A DNA stretch of 64,000 bases, taken from assembly GCA_965603825.1 (NCBI GenBank), contig CBFDEM010000036.1:1-64000 (forward strand). Direction: 5' to 3'. Every line of letters begins with the position of its first letter. Position 1 is the stretch's first letter. Under the pieces are notes generated by a model. It was not told the DNA's origin. It ran no database searches and saw only the letters and a list, made by a program, of their open reading frames with translations. Of this stretch, positions 1-13,600 are shown one piece after another. This DNA is from Blepharisma stoltei ATCC 30299 (taxonomy: Eukaryota > Protista > Ciliophora). The translations under genes were made by a program, and so were the position numbers.

Positions 1-2974
1 AACACCCTAACACCCTAACACCCTAACACCCTAACACCCTAACACCCTAACACCCTAACACCCTAACACCCTAACACCCTAACACCCTAACACCCTAACA
101 CCCTAACACCCTAACACCCTAACACCCTAACACCCTAACACCCTAACACCCTAACACCCTAACACCCTAACACCCTAACCTACCCCTAACACCCTAACAC
201 CCTAACACCCTAACACCCTAACACCCTAACACCCTAACACCCTAACACCCTAACCCCTACACCCTAACACCCTAACACCCTAACACCCTAACACCCTAAC
301 ACCCTAACCCCTAACACCCTAACCCAACACCCTAACACCCTAACACCCTAACACCCTAACACCCTAACACCCTAACACCCTAACACCCTAACACCCTAAC
401 ACCCTAACACCCTAACACCCTAACACCCTAACACCCTAACACCCTAACACCCTAACACCCTAACACCCTAACACCCTAACACCCTAACACCCTAACACCC
501 TAACACCCTAACACCCTAACACCCTAACACCCTAACACCCTAACACCCTAACACCCTAACACCCTAACACCCAACCACCCTAACACCCTAACACCCTAAC
601 ACCCTAACACCCTAACACCCTAACACCCTAACACCCTAACACCCCTAACACCCTAACACCCTAACACCCTAACACCCTAACACCCTAACACCCTAACACC
701 CTAACACCCTAACACCCTAACACCCTAACACCCTAACACCCCTAACACCCTAACACCCTAACACCCTAACACCCTAACACCCCTAACACCCTAACACCCT
801 AACACCCTAACACCCTAACACCCTAACACCCTAACACCCTAACACCCTAACACCCTAACACCCTAACACCCTAACACCCAACACCCTAACACCCTAACAC
901 CCTAACACCCTAACACCCTAACACCCTAACACCCTACACCCTAACACCCTAACACCCTAACACCCTAACACCCTAACACCCTAACACCCTAACACCCTAA
1001 CACCCTAACACCCTAACACCCTAACACCCTAACACCCTAACACCCTAACACCCTAACACCCTAACACCCTAACACCCTAACACCCTAACACCCTAACACC
1101 CTAACACCCTAACACCCTAACACCCTAACACCCTAACACCCTAACACCCTAACACCCTAACACCCTAACACCCAAACACCCTAACACCCTAACACCCTAA
1201 CACCCTAACACCCTAACACCCTAACACCCTAACACCCTAACACCCTAACACCCTAACACCCTAACACCCTAACACCCTAACACCCTAACACCCTAACACC
1301 CTAACACCCTAACACCCTAACACCCTAACACCCTAACACCCTAACACCCTAACACCCTAACACCCTAACACCCTAACACCCTAACACCCTAACACCCTAA
1401 CACCCTAACACCCTAACACCCTAACACCCTAACACCCTAACACCCTAACACCCTAACACCCTAACACCCTAACACCCTAACACCCTAACACCCTAACACC
1501 CTAACACCCTAACACCCTAACACCCTAACACCCTAACACCCTAACACCCTAACACCCTAACACCCTAACACCCTAACACCCTAACACCCTAACACCCTAA
1601 CACCCTAACACCCTAACACCCTAACACCCTAACACCCTAACACCCTAACACCCTAACACCCTAACACCCTAACACCCTAACACCCTAACACCCTAACACC
1701 CTAACACCCTAACACCCTAACACCCTAACACCCTAACACCCTAACACCCTAACACCCTAACACCCTAACACCCTAACACCCTAACACCCTAACACCCTAA
1801 CACCCTAACACCCTAACACCCTAACACCCTAACACCCTAACACCCTAACACCCTAACACCCTAACACCCTAACACCCTAACACCCTAACACCCTAACACC
1901 CTAACACCCTAACACCCTAACACCCTAACACCCTAACACCCTAACACCCTAACACCCTAACACCCTAACACCCTAACACCCTAACACCCTAACACCCTAA
2001 CACCCTAACACCCTAACACCCTAACACCCTAACACCCTAACACCCTAACACCCTAACACCCTAACACCCTAACACCCTAACACCCTAACACCCTAACACC
2101 CTAACACCCTAACACCCTAACACCCTAACACCCTAACACCCTAACACCCTAACACCCTAACACCCTAACACCCTAACACCCTAACACCCTAACACCCTAA
2201 CACCCTAACACCCTAACACCCTAACACCCTAACACCCTAACACCCTAACACCCTAACACCCTAACACCCTAACACCCTAACACCCTAACACCCTAACACC
2301 CTAACACCCTAACACCCTAACACCCTAACACCCTAACACCCTAACACCCTAACACCCTAACACCCTAACACCCTAACACCCTAACACCCTAACACCCTAA
2401 CACCCTAACACCCTAACACCCTAACACCCTAACACCCTAACACCCTAACACCCTAACACCCTAACACCCTAACACCCTAACACCCTAACACCCTAACACC
2501 CTAACACCCTAACACCCTAACACCCTAACACCCTAACACCCTAACACCCTAACACCCTAACACCCTAACACCCTAACACCCTAACACCCTAACACCCTAA
2601 CACCCTAACACCCTAACACCCTAACACCCTAACACCCTAACACCCTAACACCCTAACACCCTAACACCCTAACACCCTAACACCCTAACACCCTAACACC
2701 CTAACACCCTAACACCCTAACACCCTAACACCCTAACACCCTAACACCCTAACACCCTAACACCCTAACACCCTAACACCCTAACACCCTAACACCCTAA
2801 CACCCTAACACCCTAACACCCTAACACCCTAACACCCTAACACCCTAACACCCTAACACCCTAACACCCTAACACCCTAACACCCTAACACCCTAACACC
2901 CTAACACCCTAACACCCTAACACCCTAACACCCTAACACCCTAACACCCTAACACCCTAACACCCTACACCTAA
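1..2974 (+). repeat. Telomere, (CCCTAACA)n C-rich strand, ~370 units
   Basis: 8-nt tandem repeat from base 1; perfect from ~1178 to ~2966; ends in degenerate CCCTACA-CCTAA before unique sequence. This unit is known from the heterotrich ciliates Stentor and Blepharisma. Confidence 0.99.
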
Positions 2975-3109
2975 TGTTTTTAAATCAAAATTTAATATAA
3001 TTATTCCAATTTTTAGATAAATTAACTTAAACTCTAATTGTCAACTGTAGTTTTGAAATCTTAATAAAAATTTGGTAAATGAAGCGAAAATTAAGGTGTT
3101 AAGATATGC

Positions 3110-3620
3110 AGCAGGACATGCACAAACGCTAACTGCTCTAAGATACTCAATCAAAAATCAAAATATTATTCAATTTGATGTGTGCAATTTATGTGGGATT
3201 AAAGAAGCTGAGAAACAAAGCATAATGTCTGTATAAAATACAAAAATTAATGGAGAAATTTTATAAATCACTTGAGATATATTATTGGAATTAATTATGA
3301 AAAGGCCTCACCATATCTATGACTCATAAGGGATTTATCTGAATTAATTTTGTAAAAAATATTATAAAGCAATTAAAAATCTCAGGGAAAGTCGAAAGAC
3401 CATATACAGGATTAAGCTTTACCCAGGCTGCTTTAGGCTTAGCAGTTATAAAAGTGCAGCCTGGTAGCCCAACTGAAAAAGTAGGAATCAGAATAGCAAT
3501 ATTATGATGGTGGCTGATGGAAAAGAACTAAATAGTCTGAAGATTTTTACAAAGTTATCGGATTTAAAATAGGAATTGTTTTACACATAGATATTAAAGC
3601 GTAAAAGAAAAGCTTAGTTT
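3110..3620 (+). pseudogene. Decayed HtrA/DegP-like protease remnant (protease-PDZ linker and PDZ)
   Basis: Frame from ~3355 reads NIIKQLKISGKVERPYTGLSFTQAALGLAVIKVQPGSPTEKVGIR, then after a frameshift DGKELNSL. This matches the HtrA 'QL..G.V.RP.LG...V.PGSPA.K.GL..GD.I...DG' pattern. Many stops and frameshifts; boundaries approximate. Confidence 0.5.
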
Positions 3621-4512
3621 TGCTATAGAAACATAATAATAACAGTATTTTTACTGAGATAGTAAATTGCGGTAATAAAATAAAAATTAGAATTTATTAA
3701 AATATTAGTCTCTAATTTATTGAGGAATGTAGCGATTTGCTAATTTATTTTTGAATATTCGTAATTTAGATTTTATAGACATAAAATGCGAATCTGTTAT
3801 ATTGATTGAACTAAATAATTTGCTATTAATTCTTCAATTTTTATAAATTATTTCACTTTTCTTAATAACATTAGCAAAATTAACCTCAAAGTCTCTATGC
3901 TTCTACCATTATTTTCTTATCGCCTATATTTTTAATAAGTATAGGCATATTGAAAATAGTTTTTCTTTCTTACTTTAAGGATTAAGAAACATTTTAAAGT
4001 TTACCTTAAACAAAAGCCAAAATCATTATTAAAAAATTATAATATGAAGCTCACTAAATCACTCTGATTAATTTCCAATTAAATTTAGCTCCGTTTAATC
4101 AAAATTATCAATTAAACCATCCTATAGCACCAAATCAAAAATCTAAGATTTCAATTGAGTTAATATACTATAAATAGAGCAAAGTCATAAAATAACGTAA
4201 TCTTTATATAAAAGCCTGATTTCTGCTTTTAGTCCATGACTTGCTTAAACTATGAAAAATATATTAAGACTCATTATCAAAATTCACTGAATATGAATAA
4301 AAGCATATAAATACATAGAGTATATGGAATTAAGCTATAGCAATCCATTAATCAATTTCCAAATGCAAATTTTTCCATTTTGGCAAATTTCATATAATAA
4401 AATGGCTCATGTTGGATTGAGTTCTCTTCCTAGAGCTCTCTCATGCAGTTTATTATAGAGTTCAGTTTTCCTTAGAATGGCTTTAAAAAATTAGATATCT
4501 AATAATTATTAT

Positions 4513-7330
4513 ATGATGGCGAAGAAATGCTTCATGCCAGGGTGTATGAACGAGGTTGAGCATGCATGCAAATGCTCTTCTCCTGAAACTTTAATGTGCG
4601 GAGAGCATATAGGGGAGCATGTAAACTTGCCTAATAGAGCTCATAATATTGAATCAATTTTTATGCAGCCTTATGAAGGGACAAAAGAAGCAGTTCTTGA
4701 ATTTCTTGCAAAAGAAAATTCAAAATGTAGCGAGTTGAGAAGAAAAATTATAGATTCCATTAGCCAGCGTCTTCCCAATTCAGAGAAAGATTTAGAAGAG
4801 TTTATAGGCAAGTTGTATTGCTACTTAGATGAAATAAATGAGTTCTTTGCAAAGATTTCCCAAGCTTCAAAATTATTAAAGTCAGAGCAAGATCCAATTT
4901 TAGGATTATTGAGTTTACAACCTCAAGAAGCTATTGAGAAAGCAAAATTGATGAACATAGCAAGCAGAAATTGATGCAACGGTGCAAAACTGTTCTATAC
5001 AATCAATAAAAAGCTAGAGGGTCTAAATAGATCCTTCTTTACAGAAATATACAGGGCATATCTAGAAAAAAGGAATGTGCAAAATACTCCTGAAACGCAT
5101 GATAAAATTAGCAAGCCCACCAGTATAGAGTCAGCAAACGTTAATGATTCGATTTCCTTGATAATAAATGAAAACAGTGGGTGTTTAAAAATAAGAAAAG
5201 AAAACAAGGCAATAAAAATACCCCAAGAAAATGAGACAAGCTTGCTTAATTCTCAAATGAACGCTGCTACTAATAATCTAAACGCTTCAAATATCATAGA
5301 CACCTTAAGAAATAAAACAGCTGAGATTTTGAGTAGACCAAATAATCCAGAATTAGAAATAGATTTCAGAGCAACTTGTTCAGCAATTCAGATCAATTCT
5401 TACGATCCACCGCTAATGCAAGCTTACCAAGATTATCTTAATGCTTACCAACAAAAGACATCTCTTTATAGTCTTACCATTGATGAAGATAGCAGAGTTA
5501 ATTTAATTATTTATAACACTGAAACTGAAACAGAAGAAGTAAAAATATTGCAGACTCCAGAATCACTAGGCGCATGCACTTGCATAACTCAACTTCCAAA
5601 TGGCAAGCTATTCTGTTTTGGTAAATATCTACCTTCTGGAATTACAGAACTAATTGATGTGAATGGTGGAGTCAAAGTGCTGCCATCTGGAACTCCTTGC
5701 AATTCCTCATCATGTATCTATTTCAACAACAGCGTCTATTGCTTTGGAGGACACGATATAGGTGAATTAACCCTATCTAGTAGATTTGATTTGGATCGAA
5801 ATCGATGAATTCAGTTAGCTCCAATGCCAAAAGCTGATTATGGCTGCAATAGTATAACATTTAATAGAAATATTTTGATTTCTGGATGAAAATATAGTAA
5901 TCTTTTGCTATATTCAATTGATATTGACTCTTTCTCGACAATTCCTCATGAGTTTACAAAAAATAGAAGAAAGATCCTGATAAATGCAAAGAGACTATAT
6001 TTGATTGAAAGCTATAGATCAATCTATGAAAGTGACATTGGAAGTTTATGAAATTGGAGACGAATAGGAAAATCAAACATCAATTGCAATCCTGATCAAG
6101 TGTATTGCTCATACAATAAAGGAGGAATATTCATCTCGAATATTGAAAGGCCAGGTAAAGCATATTATTGTTTTAATTTAGATCAAAAATCATTATTGAT
6201 ATTGCCTACTCAAATAGGCATGTTTCACTTAAAAAAGTAGGTAAAAAGATTGAAGCAATAAAATGAAATAGCCAGAATTTAAGCTCGATTCTTATTATCT
6301 GGATGAATGTAATGTAAAAGATATTCCTCTACACGATTTAGGACAAAATCTAGAAGATATCGAATGCTATGACGAAGAAATCAAGCTCAAACCAAAGAAA
6401 GTTCGCTTATACCAAGAAAAAGGTGACGCTTTATGCAGATTAAAAAGATATGCAGAAGCAATCGAATGCTATGACATAGCAATAAAACTCAATCCAAGAA
6501 ATGATTATCTTTACATTTATAAAGGCTTCGCTTTTTCTAATTTAAAACAATACCTAAAAGCAATTGAATGCTATGACAAAGCAATCAAGCTCAATCCAAA
6601 AGATGAATATTTTTACAATAGCAAAGGCAACGCTTTTAATAAATTAAAAAGATATCTAGAAGCAATCGAATGTTATGACAAAGCAATCAAGCTTGATCCC
6701 AAAAATGCTAATTTATACAACAACAAAGGCAGAGTGTTTTATAATTTACAAAGACATCTTGAAGCAATCAAATTACATGACAAAGCAATCGAACTTGATC
6801 CAAACGATGCTGATTTTTATTATGATAAAGGCACAGTTTTTTTTGATTTACAAAGATATCTTGAAGCAATTGAATGCTTTGACAAAGCAGCCAAGCTCAA
6901 TCCAAACAATGCTAAACCTTACTATAAGAAAGCATGCTCTTTAAATGGATTAGGAAGATATTCAGAAGCAGTAGAAAGCTATGATGAAGCGATCATAGCC
7001 AATCCAAATAATTCCAAGTATTATAGTGGTAAAGGTAATACTCTTTATATTTTAGAGAGATGCCAAGAAGCAATAAAATGTTATGCTAAGGCAATCGCTC
7101 TTGAATCCAATATTCCTTTGCATTTCTGTTGCCAAGCTAAGTATTTAATAATCTCAGACAAGAAGAAGAGCTTTGCAGGACTTTAACAGGGCTTATAATT
7201 TGAAGCAAGAAAATCAAGAAGGTGGTGTTTTCACTGGGGATGAATGGAAACTTTTGAAGATGATATCAATTTTGTTAACGACGTATTGGGCCCAGATCTT
7301 AATGAACTGCTCCAAAAATTGCAGATTTAA
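4513..7330 (+). pseudogene. Cys/His-rich N-terminus + coiled coil + Kelch-like repeats + TPR array; frameshifted (pseudogene or assembly indels)
   Basis: With TGA=Trp the frame is open 4513-6240 (575 aa), with Kelch-like LFCFG, VYCFGG, RFDLDRNRW(TGA)IQLAPMP. Apparent 1-nt losses at ~6188, ~6279, ~7139 and later separate it from the TPR frame 6281-7186. Confidence 0.75.
6340..7130 (+). repeat. About 8 tandem 102-nt TPR-coding units
   Basis: GCAATCGAATGCTATGAC-like motif (AIECYDKAIKLNP) recurs every ~102 nt (34 aa) at ~6360, 6460, 6562, 6664, 6766, 6868, 6970, 7070. Confidence 0.9.
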
Positions 7331-7375
7331 ATAAAATTTGATTATAATAAACCATCATTATAATAATTATATATA

Positions 7376-7700
7376 CTCATGCTCCCTTTAGGGTACAATC
7401 TTGAGGTTATACGCATGCCCATGCTCCTCTCCTTTAACTTTATCCTGTAACTGCACTTCTGGAAGTATTTAAAGCTTCCTGAAAGGCTCATGCCATTGAG
7501 AGATTTTTTAGAACCTTTTAAAACGACAAAAGAGTAATTCTTAGAATATTTTAAAAAGAGTAATCAAAAATAGCAATCTGAAGGGAAAGTCCTAGCATTC
7601 TTTAGCCAACGTTTAATTGAATCAAGGAATTTTTATTTTTGCCATTAATACCGCCTAAAACTAATCTTCAAGGAAAGAGGAAAATTCTTAGAGTTATGCG
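7376..7700 (+). pseudogene. Decayed paralog of the N-terminus of the 4513 gene
   Basis: Fragments CSPLGYNLEV.YACPCSSP, KAHAIE, EPFKTTKE, FSQRL align to CFMPGCMNEVEHACKCSSP, RAHNIE, QPYEGTKE, ISQRL. Multiple stops and frameshifts; 3' limit uncertain. Confidence 0.65.
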
Positions 7701-9486
7701 AGTTTTTCTACCATATGAAGAAATTAATGCACTTGAAAAGTATCTGAAGGAATTAATGGAAGCTCGGCCAAAACCACTGCGGCAGAGCCAAGTTGAAGGA
7801 AAGCAATAGAACAGCTACTAATCAAGCGAGTAGAGTGAACCAATAAAAAGAAGCAAAGAAGGTCTCATATCGAGATCAAAAATCAGTGAAAAAGGAGAAA
7901 TAATAGAAGAAAAAGAGGAAGGAAAAACTAGGGGGAAAGAAAATAGAATAAGATCACAAAGAAATTTTGAACAGCATGCAAAGCGTTTTCCCTATTAGAA
8001 GAAAGGTTTCAACAAGAATAGAGTGACTTCTTTATTTTGTCATCTTAAAAAACCAAGAAAGCTTTTTTGAGCATAACCTTAGCTTGAGCAGCATATGAAA
8101 GCTATCTTAAACGTAGTCCGAGATTAACAAAAACAAGAAAATTCAAGCCAAAGTACTATAAGAAAGTAACGTAAATTTCAAATAGAAAGAGGTTTTAGCA
8201 TTTTCTGTTTGAGGATCTTATCTATTTTTCCAAAATTATTCTTGCAAGCACCAGAAGGATCCTTTATTTTACTCTTATTTCGCTCTGCCAATATTTAATA
8301 TACTCATGCAACATTATGCACTTACTTTGCTCGGATAAGGGGATTTCACTTATTATCCGAAATCATACAAGAGCAAGATCTCATCGGCCTGATAGTTCCA
8401 TATACTATTTTTCCTAGCATGTATTAATCTCAAGCCTTAATTTAAGGTTGAAGCAGATTTAGCGATAACATTTTAATTTGCTTATTAGATGAGTTAATGG
8501 CTAGTTCTAAACTTATAGAGAGAAATAATTGCATTATTGCTTTGTTTGAGATAATAAAGTGTTATTAAAATTTTAAAACCTTATTTTAAACAGTTCCTAG
8601 CTGAGATACTTGCTTAGAAGCAAGATCAAATTTCCACAAAGCATTATTATATAGAACGAAATAAAGGCAACATTTATAACAAACAATACTTGACTGATTA
8701 ATATTTCCTGGCACGCTATCAGTCCCTATTTGGGCCTAACTAAAAATATTGTTTTTATCATTTTCAAAAATCCTTCCCTTTTTCTCGAATATATAAACTC
8801 TTTCATTTCCTCTCAGCATCAATTTATAGCAATTAATATCTAAAACCAGATTCGGGATATTTTGGTAATTTTCTTGGCTAATGCTCAAAGCTCTTTCTAA
8901 GTGGGATTAATGATCCTGCAACTTCAAATGAGGCAGCCTGCAATGCTTAAAGCTCCTGGTATAGTCTTCACCTCAGATTGGCTCATAGGCTGAGACAGAA
9001 ATAGTTTTCTTGAGACCAGGACGATTTGCAGCAAATGACTAATGGGAAAAGTCTTCATCAAGACCAGTGAGTCCGATTGCAAGAATAATTAAGCAAAGAT
9101 CTCTTCACCATATATCCTGACAGTCCCAATTTTCTTCTCTCCCGGAAAACGAGCCTCCATAGTAGCTGTGAAATGTGAGCTCAATATCCGAATGGGATAG
9201 CTTTCTCTGGGACTTTCTTGCTGAGTTCTGGCATTGGTGGAGACTGAATAAAGTGCTTCTGGCTCATAGTCGTAGACTAATGCCTTCAAATAATCCTTTG
9301 CAAGCCGTTTCTTATTGCATAGAGAGATGATTGCGAGATTTAACTAATGCAATTTCGAGGTATTCCGATTCCCTTACACTTAGCTGGTGGAAGCTGAATT
9401 CATGATTAAAGATGAAAGCTGAAGACTTAGCAACTCAACTCAATTATTTTATTTATTTCAGCAAATACACTCAATTTATAATAAAT

Positions 9487-9852
9487 ATGAAAGCCAAAGG
9501 AATTTTCGATAGGCTATGAATCACAAAAGCCCAGAAAGAAGAAGAGGACAAAGAAAAAGAAAGACAAAGTAAAATAAATCAAGAGCATCATGAAACAGTT
9601 ATGGCTAGGATTAAGATGCTTGAAGCTATGAACACAAAAGAGTTGTCTAATGCAGAAATTTGAAGATTCATGAGAATTTTATGAGAATCAATTGAGCTTT
9701 CAGGAAAACTTTATTATAAGCACCCTTGGCTTGAGGATGAGTTTTACACATTAGTTAAAATCGAAAAAGATTATGATTTAAGAGTCTGGTGATATACTCA
9801 ACAATTCTTGCGAGTAAAAGGTCGGGGGATTGCACGAACTATTAGACAATAA
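9487..9852 (+). CDS. Hypothetical 121-aa protein visible only with UGA=Trp
   Basis: ATG after an AT-rich leader, 4 in-frame TGA, TAA stop; MKAKGIFDRLWITKAQKEEEDKEKERQ...HPWLEDEFY...RVWWYTQQFLRVKGRGIARTIRQ. Absent from the ORF track. Confidence 0.6.
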
Positions 9853-10649
9853 GATAAATGCATATTTAAGTAATAATTATTTATAATTTTTGCCATTATC
9901 AAAACTCTTACCATGGAATCTTTACGATATCATCTATTATTGTTTAATTTTTCTTGCAAATTTATAACCTTAAAGATATCTTGTACATGAACTAGACTAT
10001 TAAGATGCTGATAACCATCACCTTAGATGCCAAAACACAAAATTGGATTTTTTAGTATTTATTTGATATTATTTAAAGTATACCCGCAAAATCTTTCTTT
10101 TCCCTAACTCCATTAAATTTGGTAAAGTATAGTATTCAATTATAAAATTTTTCCAAATGAGGAAATTTACAGAAAAGTGGAGTTAGAAAAAATCCAATAA
10201 GGTTATCAATAAAATTCCATTATTAAATGGGGGTCAGTCTCTTTATAAATTTAACGTAATATATGCTATCATCAAATATTTCTTATCCAGTTGTCTATAT
10301 ATCAATAGATTAATGTAGTCTTTATTTTCCTATATTGGAACTTTGCGCCATAAAAGACAGCAGTGAGTATTAGATTAGGGGCATGTGAAAGAACTAGAGG
10401 TGAATCAAGATGCATGGAGACCTGGGGAGTTTGAGCTCGATATTGTTGAACGATAGTCTCATTGATTTTCTTAGCCTATATCAGATCAGTTGTACGCTAA
10501 TTGGAGTTGCATCAAAAAACAACTTTTATTTCAAAATTTAGTTGATGTATCAGTGATAGTTGGAATCTGTCTTCGCAGATATAAAATTTATATAATAAAT
10601 AAATCAATCAACAAATTTAATAAATGTATTTAATGATAATATCTAAATT

Positions 10650-13600
10650 CTACTTTCTACTCGAGAACTCATAATCATTTGTTGGTAAAATTTGCACTTT
10701 TTTATTTTTGGAAAATCTTCTTTTGAAAAAAATAATCCATCTCTTGACTCTCCAATTTACAAATTTAAAGCAGCAATACATTTCTATCACTGCAAGAATT
10801 ACTGGCAAAATCAAGCCATTTATCATCAAAAATGAAATTAATGCTTGGAGAATGTACAATAAATAAGCACCAATATTTGCTATTGGGTAATTATTCAATT
10901 TTTCAAAAGAATAAAGCCAGCAGCCTCCTATCCAAGCAAAACTAAGCAAATACCCAACCATTACCTTCCAATTTTTAGTTGAGTCATTTTTATTCTTTAC
11001 TAGCTGATTCTCCAAAAATCTGTCCTTTAGAAAAACTTTCAAAAATAGTGGCAAGAATCCAAGGATAAATGATACAAACCATATCACTAATGTTACTTCG
11101 GGAAACTGGAAGATTAAGTCAACTTGATTGTTAATGTATTTGGTATATCCATCAAAAGCTGATATTGCAATCGCGATTTCAGTCGATACAGCAGCAAAAA
11201 AATATATAAGTCTCCCTTTTCGAGAGAAGTTTAAATCAGTGTTCCCAATGATGCCAAAAATGTGATTATTTGAGATAAAAAATTGAATGAAGGTTGTGGA
11301 TGGAGTGAAATTATCGATTTTGTGCTCCACGAGTTTTGTTAAAAATTTGGGTAATATTGAGAAAAAAATAGGAGTATAATCGTCATCGTTTGAATTTTCA
11401 ATCATCCCTTCTAGCTCATTGCCAATACCTTCAACTTTTATGTCATCCAGATCTATCGGAACTCCTACTGGTATATTTGTGTCTCTTCTCGAGATATCGT
11501 CCCTGACAAATGCAGTTTTTCATTCAGGTTGAGATAATGATTCTTTTAGGGATGCAAAAAATCACTTTCTTAAGAATCCTTCTAGCTTCAGTGTAGGAGT
11601 TCTCAGCTTTATGTATGCAAAAATATTTCCTTCAAGCTTTTTAATGGATTTAATAAGAGTTTCTTTTGATTCACATTTTAATTTAGTATCATCAAAATCT
11701 TTTTTTGGAGCATTTTCATCTTCATATGGGTTTAATATATATTTTCTTATAGCTTGAATGATTCAATTATAATGCTTGTATTTGATTTTTTGTTTGAAAG
11801 TTTCCATACAATTTACTAAATTTAAGACTGGCACATATGAAAATCTTAACAAATTCCTAATTTGCTTCTGTTTTATTTTGGAAATAAATGTGAGCAATCC
11901 ATTTTTTTCTTTATAAAGAAATCGCGCCCATAATAAAAATTTTTCACTTTCCTCATTTTTCGCGCTACATAGTGCATTTATGACTGTTTCTATATCTTCC
12001 AAATTACGTTTGTCAATACAGTTCTCAATATGCATTTTAATCCTTTCAAAAGTAAGCAATGAATTTAGTATATTTTGGTCTTCAATTATGCTCGTTAATT
12101 TATTTCTTAATTCCTTTTTAAAGTAAGGGTAGACTTCATTTTTTTCTAAGTTCGTAGTTTCAGAGTCTTTTCTCTCCTCATTATCATTTCACTCGTTTTC
12201 AACCTCATATATTTCCCCTTTTTCCCAAATCTGCATAAGTTTGTCAACGTTTATCAGCTGGTTATTCACATAGAGATTGCTGCTTAGTATGCTTATCTCC
12301 TTAGCAATTGTTTCATTAATATTCAATGTTTGCTCTTTTAAAGGGTCTGCATATTTTCGTTCAAGCCTACTAATATCTAGCCATGCAAAATAAAGCACAA
12401 AGAGTAAAGATCCGAATATTACAAATACTGGAATAGCACCAACCTTGGGAATTTCAAGATTCACTGACTTAGCTCTGTCTTTCAAATTCCTTGAAACTGA
12501 TGGGTAAGGCGGAATCATTATCAGTCCTGCAATTTCACAAGTACAAGTTGCCACACCTTCCGATTTGAAAAATGTTTCACAAAACTTAAAAGAAAACTGA
12601 CTGATTTGCTGAAGATAGACAGAGCAAGTCATTTGTAAATCTTTGTCGTAAACATCATAAGCAACCACAACACTTAAATTCGTTAGCAGTGGAGCAGTTA
12701 TTACTGGGCTAAATATCGAGTCGGTGTTTTGAGAAATCCCGACTTGGACTAGGCTTGACTCATATTGATCAGAATAGTCAAATTTACTGTCTACTTGAGT
12801 GTCTGGGGCGTTAATATTTAAATTTCCTTCTCTGAATGTAAAAGGCTCTGGGTATTTGTAAAAGCTTGTTGCCTCCTTTTGAAAACTGTTAGAAATGCTT
12901 TTGAAGGGATTAAGGGTAAGAACAGAAAGCAAATATATTGTTGAATCTGGATTCTTTGAAGTGTCAATATTAAATTGAGCATCAGTATTAGGCTTAGATG
13001 AGTTATAACTGACACGATCAGATATAGAATGCCCATTTACAGAAAGGCAAGTCGAATTAAATTTCATCCCAGTAAAGTTCACTGGCTCCTCATTTGGGTT
13101 TACCGGAATTAAGTACTTTAAGCTTGCTTCATTATAAGTCTTATTCATCAAACTATGGATTTCTATTTCTGAAAGATCACTTGAATTCTTTTCCAAGAGT
13201 GAGCCAAGGTTTTGCATAAGCAAATCAATATTGGGAAGGGCTGTCATATAAGCATGAGTGTCTAAAACTTTGGTTTTATTTAAAGCACTGTCTTGAGTTT
13301 CATGCAGTTTCACCAAAGTGGTTTCGTTTAAGCTTGTCGCACTCTCGAGCAAAATATTGACACTATCCATGACTGTGCTGGAATCCGACAAGCCTGTGCC
13401 TTTCATAGAGTTGTTCATTCATTTATCTAGTGCATCAACAGAGTTAGATATGCTGGAATTTATTTCTTCATCGTCATTAGTCGTATTCGATATATAAAGG
13501 CCTGCAGCAGTTATTGAAGAAATGAGCAGGCTTGAATCCATAGTCTCAGTCCCATTAGCCACCAAATTTTCAGTGAAGTTTTTAATAGAAATGCTGCCTG

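Noticed and set aside
1-2974. CRISPR array or satellite reading of the terminal repeat
   Set aside because: No spacers; pure 8-mer at the contig end matching a known ciliate telomere unit
3091-3103. Inverted telomere-like TTAAGGTGTTAAG near the junction
   Set aside because: 13 nt with two mismatches; expected by chance in AT-rich DNA
8870-9400. Higher-GC minus-strand stretch including the 66-aa track ORF
   Set aside because: TAA/TAG interrupt the frames I read and there is no identifiable motif; probably a decayed gene
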